DNA of 64,000 nucleotides from Bacteroidota bacterium (GTDB lineage Bacteria; Bacteroidota; Bacteroidia; Chitinophagales; UBA10324): NCBI GenBank assembly GCA_018267315.1, contig JAFDYS010000009.1, positions 110,786 to 174,785 of the forward strand, read 5' to 3'. Shown piece by piece: positions 1 to 9,500 of this stretch (position 1 is its first letter; each line of letters starts with the position of its first letter). The notes under the pieces were generated by a model. It saw only the letters and a program-made list of their open reading frames with translations, ran no database searches and was not told where the DNA came from. The position numbers and the translations under genes were made by a program.

Positions 1-977
1 TCGCCAATGCGCTTCAGTTTCACAAAACGGATTACCTCGCCGTGGCCTATGCTGATGAGGGCGCTGAATTGCGCAAAGCCGGTATCACTACGCCCGTGAT
101 GGTGATGAATCCCGAGCAGCAGAGTTTCGAGTCCATCATTCACTACCATCTCGAACCGGAGCTCTACACGATCAAAATGCTGAAGCTGTTTGCGCAAACT
201 GTTTCGCTGCACCGCGATAAATATCCGGAGGGTTACCCCATGCACCTCGAATTGGAAACCGGCATGAACCGGCTCGGGTTTTCTGCCGATGATCTCGATG
301 ACCTCTTGGCTCTGCTCAAAGAAAACGGACTGCTGCACGTGAAATCCGTTTTCACACACCTTGCCGCCAGCGAAGATCCGTCGCTGGATAACTACACGCA
401 CATGCAGCTCCATCGTTTCAACATGATGAGTGAAAAAATTCAGCAGCAGCTCGGGTACCCGTTTCTGCGGCATGCGGTCAACTCGGCCGGCATTGTGCGA
501 TTCCCTGATGCCCATTTCGATATGGTGCGCCTCGGCATCGGGCTGTACGGCTTTGACGCCACCCATTCCGTGCAGCAGCGGCTGCGCAATGTGAGTACGC
601 TCAAGACCACGATTTCGCAGATCAAAAAAATCAAAGCGGGTGAAACCATCGGCTACGGGCGCATGGGCATCGCCCATCACGATATGACCATCGCCACCGT
701 GGGCATCGGTTATGCTGACGGACTGAACCGCTCGCTCAGCCGCGGCAACGGCCGCATGCTGGTAAAGAATCAGCTTGCTCCCATCGTGGGAAATATTTGC
801 ATGGACATGACGATGATTGACATCTCTCACATTCCCGGTTGCGAAGAAGGCGATGAAGTGATTGTGTTCGGAAATGATCTGCGGGTGCAACAACTGGCCG
901 AATGGGCCAACACCATTCCCTATGAAATTGTAAGCACCATCTCGCGAAGGGTGAAGCGGGTTTATTTCCAGGAATAG
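1..977 (+). CDS. alr: Alanine racemase, 5'-truncated by the window edge
   Basis: The frame is open back to the window start. The translation carries alanine-racemase C-terminal hallmarks ('VRLGIGLYG', 'IGYGR', 'APIVGNICMDMTMIDI', 'IPYEIVSTISRRVKRVY'). Confidence 0.85.
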   Translation, partial: ANALQFHKTDYLAVAYADEGAELRKAGITTPVMVMNPEQQSFESIIHYHLEPELYTIKMLKLFAQTVSLHRDKYPEGYPMHLELETGMNRLGFSADDLDDLLALLKENGLLHVKSVFTHLAASEDPSLDNYTHMQLHRFNMMSEKIQQQLGYPFLRHAVNSAGIVRFPDAHFDMVRLGIGLYGFDATHSVQQRLRNVSTLKTTISQIKKIKAGETIGYGRMGIAHHDMTIATVGIGYADGLNRSLSRGNGRMLVKNQLAPIVGNICMDMTMIDISHIPGCEEGDEVIVFGNDLRVQQLAEWANTIPYEIVSTISRRVKRVYFQE

Positions 978-1016
978 GGATCCTCTTATCGGGCTGTTTC
1001 AGAAAAAAAGAAATTG

Positions 1017-1103
1017 CGTCATTGCGACACCGACCGCACGGAGGCGGAAGCAATCTCATTCCAAATCCGGGGGATGGCTTCGGGCTGCGCCCTCGCAATG
1101 ACG
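1017..1103. repeat. REP-like palindromic element between convergent genes, a probable bidirectional terminator
   Basis: The termini 'cgtcattgcga' (1017-1027) and 'tcgcaatgacg' (1093-1103) are exact reverse complements. The inner arms 'gaagcaatc' and 'gatggcttc' nearly pair. A related copy lies inside uvrC at 29133-29233. Confidence 0.6.
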
Positions 1104-1116
1104 GCTGGCGGGTCTG

Positions 1117-1422
1117 CTACTCTATCACTTCCATCACCGTCCTGAATGCCACGAACCGGTTTTTGTATCGCTCATTGTGCTCATCCCGTAAGGCAGGAGA
1201 ATATTTTTCCAGGTAGTTGTTGAGCATCTCATGACTCTCGCACCGGTATTGAATCACATACGTGGAGTCATCTCCTTCGGGCTGATCGAGCAGGCGGCTT
1301 ATTTGCGATGAAAGAAATTGCCCGGTATTCATCACATCGGGAATGTGTTTGGTCTTCATCCAGTTTAGCCATTCGGCTTCCGCTTCGCGGTGGATTTTAA
1401 TGGTGATGTTGTAGATGATCAT
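1117..1422 (-). CDS. Small DUF4286-like protein
   Basis: 101-aa ORF beginning 'MIIYNITIKIHREAEAEWLNWMK...'. It resembles the DUF4286 family of small Bacteroidota proteins. This is family recall only. Confidence 0.55.
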   Translation of the reverse strand: MIIYNITIKIHREAEAEWLNWMKTKHIPDVMNTGQFLSSQISRLLDQPEGDDSTYVIQYRCESHEMLNNYLEKYSPALRDEHNERYKNRFVAFRTVMEVIE

Positions 1423-1570
1423 TCAACAAAGAAATCATATCGGCCGATACGGCCGGCTGGTTTCATGCAGGCATGGCTAAAAGTGAAATGGTTCAAGTCG
1501 TGGCACTTAATGCAGATCATGTTTCAGTGTATAGGTAATGCGGGATGTTTTTCCGTTTGTCTATTTTTAC

Positions 1571-1873
1571 ATGGTGAGTATTCCGGAGTCACAACTTGAA
1601 TTGATCAAAAAATTGTGCGAACAACACCGCGTGGAATCACTTTTTCTCTTTGGCTCTGCCGCCAAAGGTTTAATGAAAAGCGACAGCGATGTTGATTTCC
1701 TCGTCTCATTCCGTGACGTTTCTCCCGACAATTACTTCGACAATTACTTTGATCTGAAGCTAATGCTGGAAAACATTCTGCAGCGCCCCGTTGATCTTCT
1801 CGAATCAAAAGCCCTGCAGAATCCTTACCTGAAAAAATCCATTGAGCAGAGCAAACAGCTGGTCTATAGATGA
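1571..1873 (+). CDS. mntA: MntA-like minimal nucleotidyltransferase (type VII antitoxin)
   Basis: 'LFLFGSAAKG' followed by 'DSDVDFLV' matches the GS...DxD nucleotidyltransferase motif. I chose the internal ATG at 1571. The 3' end overlaps the HEPN gene. Confidence 0.7.
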   Translation: MVSIPESQLELIKKLCEQHRVESLFLFGSAAKGLMKSDSDVDFLVSFRDVSPDNYFDNYFDLKLMLENILQRPVDLLESKALQNPYLKKSIEQSKQLVYR

Positions 1874-2204
1874 CGAGCTGAAAAAATATCTGGCGGATAT
1901 CCTTGTTGCCATTGAGGAAATCAACCAGTTTATTCCTCCCGATACAAAAGACTTCCACAGGTTTGTAAACGACCTTAAGACGAAGCGCGCGGTGGAGCGT
2001 AACCTGGAAATCATCGGTGAAGCAGTAAACCGGATTTTGAAACTGCGACCTGAAATACAAATTACCAGTTCGAAACAAATCGTTGGGCTAAGGAATGTGA
2101 TCATTCATGCCTATGACAATTTATCATATGAAAACATTTGGGGAATAGTGACGCGTCATATTCCTTTGTTGAAGGCAGACGTTGAAAAACTACTTACCGA
2201 ATAA
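1842..2204 (+). CDS. hepT: HepT-like HEPN/DUF86 toxin
   Basis: 'LRNVIIHAYD' fits the HEPN Rx4-6H motif and the size is DUF86-like. The ORF opens at TTG 1842 and has no nearby in-frame ATG, so the start is uncertain. Confidence 0.7.
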   Translation: MSRANSWSIDDELKKYLADILVAIEEINQFIPPDTKDFHRFVNDLKTKRAVERNLEIIGEAVNRILKLRPEIQITSSKQIVGLRNVIIHAYDNLSYENIWGIVTRHIPLLKADVEKLLTE

Positions 2205-2272
2205 TATTCTTAAAGTCCAGTTCGATTATCCGACTCAGATAATCAGTTCGGAATTTGAAAGGAAATAAAATT

Positions 2273-2374
2273 TCAGGTGCTCATCACATCAGGAATGTGT
2301 TTGGTCTTCATCCGGTTTAGCCATTCGGCTTCCGCTTCGCGATAAATTTTGATGGTGACGTTGTAGATGATCAT
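2273..2374 (-). pseudogene. Truncated duplicate (33 codons) of the 5' end of the DUF4286-like gene
   Basis: 2281-2386 repeats 1329-1434 with about 7 mismatches. The copy translates as 'MIIYNVTIKIYREAEAEWLNRMKTKHIPDVMST' and then stops. Confidence 0.6.
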
Positions 2375-2409
2375 TCAACAAAGAAACGCCGGAACCAGAT
2401 TCGTGGCGG

Positions 2410-3370
2410 CTATTTCCATACGGCCACTGTGCCGGATTCTCCAATAAGGTAGAGATCGCTCACGCCATCCAGCATCCTGAATAAGCCGTACACCGGCCTT
2501 TCGCTCAACTCTTGCGAGTCGCTCATTAGTTGCCAGGTTTGGCCACCATCAGTTGTGAATACATCGTAATTGTGGCGTGAAAGCGCGTATCCTTCTAATT
2601 CATTTTTGAAACGGATGTCAATCAACGGTTCACCATATCCGGAAATATCTTCGTTGCGATACCTTTCACTCCAGGTCTCGCCTCCATCTGTAGTATTGAC
2701 GATAACTGGAACTTTTCCTAATCCGGCATCATCATAGTAGCCCGCGGCCCAACCGACCTTTTTGTTGATGAAAAATATTGCCTTTGGGCAATATCCTTTC
2801 TCATTAAATACATTTTTCCATGTCATGCCGCAGTCAATAGATTTCCAGATGCCATTGGTAGTCCTTCATGCTGGCCGCAACAGCTACAACCACTGATGGG
2901 CTTATGAAAAAATAATCCAGAAATGAAATGCCTTCGGTTAATATAGTAGTCCAGGTTTCGCCGCCATTCGAAGTCTTAAATAACCTTCCGGCGCCACTCA
3001 CCAAACCATTCAGGTTATCGGGAAAGTACAGTGCCGGTTCCGGATTACCGGGTAATTCCAGGGATAACCACGTATTACCACCATCAATCGTTTTGTACAG
3101 AGTATTTTCTGTGAGAGCATATCCTAATTCAGGAGAAGTAAAATCGAGTTGAAGGAATGCCTGGTCAACATCGGTTGAATCCCATTTATTCCCGCCGCTG
3201 GACGTGTGATAAATCTTGCCGTTACTGCCCGCAAGCCAGCCCTCGCTATCGCTGATGAAGCAAGAGGAAATATTCAGAATGTTTGGAGCGTTTTTTATTT
3301 CCAACGATTGCCCTGTGGCGATACTTACACAGGCGAGAAGAAGAAGTAAGCAGATCAGAGAGGTTTTCAT
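2410..3370 (-). pseudogene. BNR/Asp-box repeat (Ycf48-like beta-propeller) secreted protein split by a frameshift
   Basis: Two adjacent ORFs (2834-3370 with a signal peptide, and 2410-2826) both carry SxDxGxTW-type boxes ('DGGNTW', 'NGGETW', 'DGGETW', 'DGGQTW'). An intact box 'SIDCGMTW' lies upstream of the downstream ORF's Met in that ORF's frame. This places a 1-nt frame change near 2860-2875. Confidence 0.6.
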
Positions 3371-3387
3371 GTGATCAGTTGTATGTT

Positions 3388-4608
3388 CTATTGAATGCCG
3401 AATTTGATCACTGAAGATTGATTTTCCGTCCTAACCTCAAGTAAATAAATTCCAGATGCCAACGCCCTTTTTTGAAATGATACCTGATGCATTCCCGTGG
3501 GAAACTTTTTACGGAGAAGCGTCTCAACTTTTCTTCCTGAAATGTCAAACACATCCATGGCAACTTCAGTGTCCTCCCCAATTGAAAATGTTATAGTTGA
3601 CGACGTCGATACCGGGTTGGGATTCACTATTATTTGAACATCGTAAAGAAAAGGATCATAATTGGCGACGGTAGTCGTTGTATCCGGAATGAACTTCCAA
3701 AAGTCAATTCCACTGCTTCCTGGGCTTCCTCCTGATCCAATAAATGCTTGACCAAGAATTGAAAAAGCTGCTGCATCAATCCCTGCCCCACCGGGAAAAT
3801 CGGAAAGCTGAATCCAACCATCTGATGAAGGAAGATATTTCCAAAAATCATGTAGATAATTGTTAATGCTGTCAAATGAATATCCAAGGCCCAAATAACC
3901 AACCTCATCAATGGAAAGCGCAACAGCTCCTGCCCGGGTTGCACCTGAAAAATTCCCCAGTTGAATCCAGGTATCTAATAATGGATCGTATTTCCAAAAA
4001 TCATTCTCATAGCCAGTTGTAAAACTTCTTCCTGTCCCAATAAATCCTAATCCGTCAATCTCAAATCCTGTAGCGCCTGCTACCTCACCTCCCGGGTAAT
4101 CTGCCTTCTGAATCCACTCATCTGCAGACGGATCATATTGCCACAAGTCATGCTCATAGCCGAGATTTGTAGCGCCACCTCCAAAATAGCCCTTAGTACC
4201 AGCAGAAAAAGAAAATGACGAGTTTCGCTTTCCTCCAGCGAAATCAGCTTTCTGTGTCCAAACATTCATTAGCGGATCATATTCCCAAAAATCATCAGCA
4301 TTATTGTTATTCTCAAGGATACCGGTTCCGCAATACCCCTTGTTTTCAATCACAAAACTAGCAGCAGCTTCTCTCAGAACAGGTATATCCGCCTTTTGCG
4401 TCCAGAGATCAATCAGTGGATCGTATTCCCAAAACCCCTGTTGATGACAACTAGTGCCTAAGTACCCTTTATCGGCAATGGAAAAAATGGGGCCGCCTCC
4501 TGAAGGATATCCGGGAAAATTTGCTACCGGTTGCCATGTACCTTGTCCAGCTATTTGCACAGCCGGCAACGAACTGATCAAAATTATGTTGACCATCAAT
4601 TTTTTCAT
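3388..4608 (-). CDS. Kelch-like beta-propeller secreted protein with a T9SS C-terminal sorting domain
   Basis: There is an N-terminal signal peptide and a reiterated 'FWEYDP..D.W.QKADFPG' pattern (about 6 blades). The C-terminus 'GIYLLEVRTENQSSVIKFGIQ' is typical of T9SS type A sorting domains. Confidence 0.6.
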   Translation of the reverse strand: MKKLMVNIILISSLPAVQIAGQGTWQPVANFPGYPSGGGPIFSIADKGYLGTSCHQQGFWEYDPLIDLWTQKADIPVLREAAASFVIENKGYCGTGILENNNNADDFWEYDPLMNVWTQKADFAGGKRNSSFSFSAGTKGYFGGGATNLGYEHDLWQYDPSADEWIQKADYPGGEVAGATGFEIDGLGFIGTGRSFTTGYENDFWKYDPLLDTWIQLGNFSGATRAGAVALSIDEVGYLGLGYSFDSINNYLHDFWKYLPSSDGWIQLSDFPGGAGIDAAAFSILGQAFIGSGGSPGSSGIDFWKFIPDTTTTVANYDPFLYDVQIIVNPNPVSTSSTITFSIGEDTEVAMDVFDISGRKVETLLRKKFPTGMHQVSFQKRALASGIYLLEVRTENQSSVIKFGIQ

Positions 4609-4699
4609 GTGCAGCCGTTAAATGATTATTGTAATACAATTTTAGATTGGTAAAAATGCATATCAACTGTGGCTTTTACATTATAGAAACCGAAGTCCT

Positions 4700-4727
4700 C
4701 GCGGGGTCTTCAGAATGAGACCCCGCG
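4700..4727 (-). terminator. Hairpin downstream of the GT-C gene, a candidate intrinsic terminator
   Basis: A perfect 10-bp stem 'cgcggggtct'/'agaccccgcg' with an 8-nt loop is followed on the minus strand by a T-containing tract. A weaker second hairpin lies at 4746-4767. Confidence 0.45.
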
Positions 4728-4818
4728 CTGGGCAATTCAATCCACAGGGTCTTCTTCGAAAGACTCTGCGACAATAAAAATAAGGGTGATTGACAACTGA
4801 AAATTCTTCATCCAACAC

Positions 4819-6249
4819 TTATTTTTCTTTGATCCAGTAGATGAGCAGGTGCCAGGGACCAACGTCAATGGCACGGGCAGAATCTGACAGCACTGCAAGG
4901 TTAACATTCTCACTCATGAATGCTCTGCGCGAATCGGTCTCACCGGGCTCTGTGATCACGGCGGCGGGTTCGAATTTCTCCATCATCAGTTTGTCGTTCA
5001 AAAAATCCTTCCACACCGGGACCGCCCGTGAGGCTGACTCCCACGTTATCGCCGGCGCCCAGGATCCCAAAATCACTCGTGAGGAATCTATCGTCGCCCG
5101 TCTCATGTAATCGTTGGCAACAGCAACCGTAAACTGCCGCTCATTGATTTGCCTGACATACCTGATTCCGTTCAGCAAAGCGAAAGTTAGAAGCAGCAGG
5201 ATGGCCATGCCCTTCATCATTCGGTTGCGTGAAGAGGAGAAGAGCAAGGCATGAATCACGATAGATGCATTGAACCCCGCAGCAAAGAAGAAGCTCACCT
5301 GATAGCGCGGCGGAAAGTAAGTGAAGAACAAACGGTGCGATTCAAGCAGTAACCAGCAGCAACTGAGCACAAAAAGTATTTTGAATTGCGAATCTCCGCT
5401 TCGCAGGAAGTGAAGGCAGCCGGCGACGAATGAGATGAATGCCAACAGCATGAAATAGCGGGTAGAAGGTCCGAGGAGATTCATGCGGATGTGGCTAAAG
5501 ATGGTTTGCAGCAGGTTTCCCGTCGAAGGTACTTTTTCCTCACTCTCAAACGCAAGCACCTGATTGAAGAATGAGCGATTCGGCAGATACCATGCAAGAA
5601 CATAGACAGTGGCGAACACGGCCGTGAGCACAACAGCCCGCTGTAAGAGTGGGGCGGAAACCGGCGCGACACGAAACCACCGGACAAGCAGCAAAGAAAA
5701 AGGAACCAGAGCCGCCGCATAAACGAATTGAATCTTGACGCAATAACTGAGGAAAACGAACAAAGCGGCGAAAAAAATCTTCTGTGTTTGCTGCATCGTT
5801 TCAACCAATGCAGCCAGCAGGAAACGAATGGACAACGCCACCATGGCCACGGCAATCATTTCCGACATGGCAAGGTGTGAGTACTGAAAAACATGGAGCT
5901 GCATGAGGCATACAATGGCGGCCAATGGAAACAACATATGCGGCGAAGAAGCCGCCCATGCCATTACCATCAGCACCCAAACCAGCACCGAAACGCGCGC
6001 TACAGTCAACTGTGTTCCGAAAAATTTCATTGGCAGAAAGAGCCATGCATTAAAGAGCGGCATCTTTAAAAAATTATGACACTCGGTAAGGGAGAAGGTA
6101 CCGTGATTAAGGTAGTTGCGGATTTGAATGCTGTTAATGCCTTCTGCATTCCATGCATCACGGCTACAGCAAAGTTGCCAGTCAGGATCGGCATTCAAGA
6201 AGGGCAGATGCAGAATAAACAGTGCGACTAATATGCCCGCGACGAGCAA
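4819..6249 (-). CDS. Polytopic membrane glycosyltransferase, GT-C fold (GT39/ArnT-like)
   Basis: 476-aa protein with at least 10 hydrophobic helices. The first-loop acidic motif 'FLNADPD' and the overall layout resemble ArnT/PMT-family enzymes. Confidence 0.45.
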   Translation of the reverse strand: MLVAGILVALFILHLPFLNADPDWQLCCSRDAWNAEGINSIQIRNYLNHGTFSLTECHNFLKMPLFNAWLFLPMKFFGTQLTVARVSVLVWVLMVMAWAASSPHMLFPLAAIVCLMQLHVFQYSHLAMSEMIAVAMVALSIRFLLAALVETMQQTQKIFFAALFVFLSYCVKIQFVYAAALVPFSLLLVRWFRVAPVSAPLLQRAVVLTAVFATVYVLAWYLPNRSFFNQVLAFESEEKVPSTGNLLQTIFSHIRMNLLGPSTRYFMLLAFISFVAGCLHFLRSGDSQFKILFVLSCCWLLLESHRLFFTYFPPRYQVSFFFAAGFNASIVIHALLFSSSRNRMMKGMAILLLLTFALLNGIRYVRQINERQFTVAVANDYMRRATIDSSRVILGSWAPAITWESASRAVPVWKDFLNDKLMMEKFEPAAVITEPGETDSRRAFMSENVNLAVLSDSARAIDVGPWHLLIYWIKEK

Positions 6250-6324
6250 CGTGTTTTGTGTGATATGGAACCGTGTGGTAATCGGTCTGCGATTTGGTGA
6301 CCCAAAATAATGAGTCGAATCCTC

Positions 6325-7593
6325 TTACCTCAATATTGCCAGCCGGTCGCCGTCGAGCTTAATCAGAATGAAAAGCAAAATGGTGAACGACCACAGCGAA
6401 GAGCCGCCGTAGCTGATGAAGGGCAGCGGAATGCCAATCACCGGCATGAGCCCGATGGTCATGCCCACATTGATGAGTACGTGAAAGAAAATGATGGCCG
6501 CCACACCATAGGCATACACCGTAGAGAACCGTGATCGCTGCCGGTTCGCAATGAAAAGAATCCGCAGCATGAGGGTGAGGTAAAGCAAGAGCAGCAACGT
6601 GCTTCCCCAGAAACCATATTCCTCGCCGATGGTGCAGAAGATGAAATCGGTGCTCTGCTCCGGCACGAAGTTGTACTTGGTAAGTGTTCCTTTCAGAAAT
6701 CCTTTCCCCCACAACCCGCCCGAACCAATGGCGATCTTCGACTGGCGCACGTTGTAGTCGGCGTCTTTCACATCCACCTTCTGCCCCAGCAAAACTTTCA
6801 CACGATCCTGCTGGTGCTTCTCCAGCACTTTGTCGAACACGTAGCCCGTTGTAAAAACATATCCGATGGAGAACAGGAAGGCCGCCACCACGATGAAGAC
6901 CTGTGTGCGCGAACGCCGCCCGAGATAAATGAGCAACACGGAAATGAGAATTAGCGCCGTCACGATATAGAGTTTGTCAAACACCAGCGACAAAACGGAT
7001 AATGCAATCACATAAACGCCCAGCAACAAATACGATCCCGGCAACCCGAAACGGAACAGCACGAGGAAGAAGGCCAGGAACACGAGCGTGGATCCCGCAT
7101 CACCCTGCAGGAGCACAAGCAGAGCCGGCAGACCAAAAAGGCCGAGTGCGATAAAGCGCGTCTTCAGGTCTTTCATGTTGATGGTAAGTCCGCTCAGGAA
7201 TTTGGCCAGTGCGAGGTTGGTGGCAAACTTGGCAAACTCCGAGGGCTGCAACTGAAAACTTCCGATGGCGATCCAGTTCTTGTCGCCGTGCTTCGCCGTG
7301 CCGATCACAAACACGGCAGCGAGCATCAGTAACACGAGTACATACAAACCATAGGCAAACGTCGTGTAGAACTTGGAATCGGTGAGCAGGATGGCGCCGC
7401 CGAGCAGCAAGCTACCAAGGATCCAGAGGAACTGGCGGCCGTATGATTTATCGAGATCGAATATGCTGGGTTGCGTATCATCATACGTGGCGGCAAACAC
7501 CGCCATCCAACCAATGAGCATGAGGGTGATGTAGAGGATGATCAGCATCCAGTCCACGCCCTGGTTGGGTTTGCGTATGGTTTGATAGCTCAT
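6325..7593 (-). CDS. rodA: Rod shape-determining protein RodA (SEDS peptidoglycan glycosyltransferase)
   Basis: FtsW/RodA/SpoVE family features are present ('QPSEFAKF', 'PEQSTDFIF', 'GIPLPFISYGGSS'). It is coupled to mrdA by a 4-nt overlap. Confidence 0.85.
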   Translation of the reverse strand: MSYQTIRKPNQGVDWMLIILYITLMLIGWMAVFAATYDDTQPSIFDLDKSYGRQFLWILGSLLLGGAILLTDSKFYTTFAYGLYVLVLLMLAAVFVIGTAKHGDKNWIAIGSFQLQPSEFAKFATNLALAKFLSGLTINMKDLKTRFIALGLFGLPALLVLLQGDAGSTLVFLAFFLVLFRFGLPGSYLLLGVYVIALSVLSLVFDKLYIVTALILISVLLIYLGRRSRTQVFIVVAAFLFSIGYVFTTGYVFDKVLEKHQQDRVKVLLGQKVDVKDADYNVRQSKIAIGSGGLWGKGFLKGTLTKYNFVPEQSTDFIFCTIGEEYGFWGSTLLLLLYLTLMLRILFIANRQRSRFSTVYAYGVAAIIFFHVLINVGMTIGLMPVIGIPLPFISYGGSSLWSFTILLFILIKLDGDRLAILR

Positions 7594-9410
7594 TGGATCA
7601 GGGTCGAAGTCATCATGCGCTCTTCGAGGTATTTCCTCGGTGCACTGATAGTATCATTCAGATATTTTTCAATCATCAAACTGGCGATGGGTGCGGCAAA
7701 GCGCGATCCGAATCCCGAATTTTCCACTACAACAGCGATGGCAATTTTCGGATCATCCACCGGCGCATAGGCCACAAAGATGGAGTGGTCTTCACCATGC
7801 GGGTTCTGCGCTGTACCGGTTTTGCCCGCCACCTTCGTTCCGGGAATTTGCGCCACAGTGGCCGTGCCTGCTTCCACCACGCGCTCCAGTCCTTCACGCA
7901 CCATACGGAAATACGAAGAATCAATCGGCACCTCGTGTTTGACAATGGTTTGCTTCAGCAGTGAATCGCTGTCGGCCACTTTCCTGATCACATGAGGCGT
8001 GTACCAGTATCCATTATTCGCAATAGCTGCCATCACATTGGCCATTTGCAGCGGTGTTTCACCAATTTCGCCCTGCCCGATACCGAGCGAAACAATGGTC
8101 ACGGAGTTCCATCCTTTGGGGCCGTAAATCTTGTTGTAGTATTTTGAATCAGGCAGGTAGCCGTAGCCCTCATTCGGCAGATCAATGCCCGTCTTCACAC
8201 CAAGCCCGAGTGTAGCCATCATCTTTTTCCAGTAGTCCACTCCTTCTCCCACCGTCTTGAACGGTTTATCATCTACAAGCCGGCGGAAGGTGTTGCAGAA
8301 ATAACTGTTGCAGGAGAACTGAATGGCCACGGCCACATTCGGAACGAAACCGGAATGATGACAACCTACCCGTAACGGACCCACATAATACGCCCCGGGG
8401 CAGGGATACGTGGTGTTGTAATCAATGGCGCCTTCCTGCAACCCCACCAACGCAAGTGATGGCTTGTACGTGGAACCCGGCGGATACGCGGCTTTGAGCG
8501 GCCGCACGAAGAGCGGCTTCAGTGAATCATTCAGCAGTACTTTGAAATTCTTCGCACGGTCCTGCCCGGTGAGCAGATCGGGATCGTAGGTGGGGCTGCT
8601 GATCATGGAGAGAATTTCACCCGTCTTCGGTTCAATGGCCACCACGCTGCCGATTTTTCCTTTCATCAGTTTCTCCCCGTAACCCTGCAGTTCGATATCG
8701 AGCGAAGAGACCATGTTGCTCCCGGGAACGGCGGCCGTATCAAACCGTCCATCATTAAAACTTCCCTGCTCGCGGTTGTGTACGTCCACCAGTACAAAGC
8801 GCGTTCCCTTGATACCGCGCAATTCCTTTTCATACGACTGCTCTATGCCGCCCGTACCGATGTAGTCACCCGACTTGTAGTAACCACCGCCGCGCTCAAT
8901 CTGTTTCTGATTCACCTCGCTGATATACCCGAGCACATGAGCCGCGCTCTTGAATGGATAGGCGCGCACGGTGCGCACCTGTCCGTAAAACCCGGGAAAG
9001 AGATAGAGCTCTTCCTGGATGGAAGCATATTTATCCACGGAAAGTCCCTTGGCGATGAGGGATGGTTTGAAGCGTGAATACTTCACGGCCTTATCGAACG
9101 TGCGGCGGAATGAGGTATCACTCATTCCCACCAGTTCGCAAAAACCGGCCGTGTCGAGATCCTTCACCTGGTTGGGTACCACCCACAGGTCATACTCCTT
9201 CTGGTTGTCAATAATGAGTTTTCCGTTGCGGTCAAATACGAGACCTCGCGCGGGAAAGACCGTGACTTCGCGAAGCACATTCGATTTGGCTAATTGCTGG
9301 TAATCCTTGTTTACAATCTGCAGGAAGAAGAGCCGGACAATGAATATCACGATCACGCCGATGATGACGTACTGCAACACATTCCTTCTGCTTTGATATA
9401 AATCGGTCAT
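7590..9410 (-). CDS. mrdA: Penicillin-binding protein 2 (elongation transpeptidase)
   Basis: It has an N-terminal TM anchor, the SxxK motif 'GSTYKP', 'SCN' and 'KTGTA' boxes. It sits between mreD and rodA. Confidence 0.85.
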   Translation of the reverse strand: MTDLYQSRRNVLQYVIIGVIVIFIVRLFFLQIVNKDYQQLAKSNVLREVTVFPARGLVFDRNGKLIIDNQKEYDLWVVPNQVKDLDTAGFCELVGMSDTSFRRTFDKAVKYSRFKPSLIAKGLSVDKYASIQEELYLFPGFYGQVRTVRAYPFKSAAHVLGYISEVNQKQIERGGGYYKSGDYIGTGGIEQSYEKELRGIKGTRFVLVDVHNREQGSFNDGRFDTAAVPGSNMVSSLDIELQGYGEKLMKGKIGSVVAIEPKTGEILSMISSPTYDPDLLTGQDRAKNFKVLLNDSLKPLFVRPLKAAYPPGSTYKPSLALVGLQEGAIDYNTTYPCPGAYYVGPLRVGCHHSGFVPNVAVAIQFSCNSYFCNTFRRLVDDKPFKTVGEGVDYWKKMMATLGLGVKTGIDLPNEGYGYLPDSKYYNKIYGPKGWNSVTIVSLGIGQGEIGETPLQMANVMAAIANNGYWYTPHVIRKVADSDSLLKQTIVKHEVPIDSSYFRMVREGLERVVEAGTATVAQIPGTKVAGKTGTAQNPHGEDHSIFVAYAPVDDPKIAIAVVVENSGFGSRFAAPIASLMIEKYLNDTISAPRKYLEERMMTSTLIQ

Positions 9411-9500
9411 GACTCCGCAGCGCGGCAGGCAAAATTGCGGTTAAAAAGAGTGCGTTGCTGAAAAGAATTTCACAGGATGTGAATAAGGAAACAACGGCGC

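Noticed and set aside
1022-1216. 64-aa ORF on the + strand
   Set aside because: It translates the REP-like palindrome (the 'PRNDG' artefact peptide) and then the antisense of the DUF4286-like gene.
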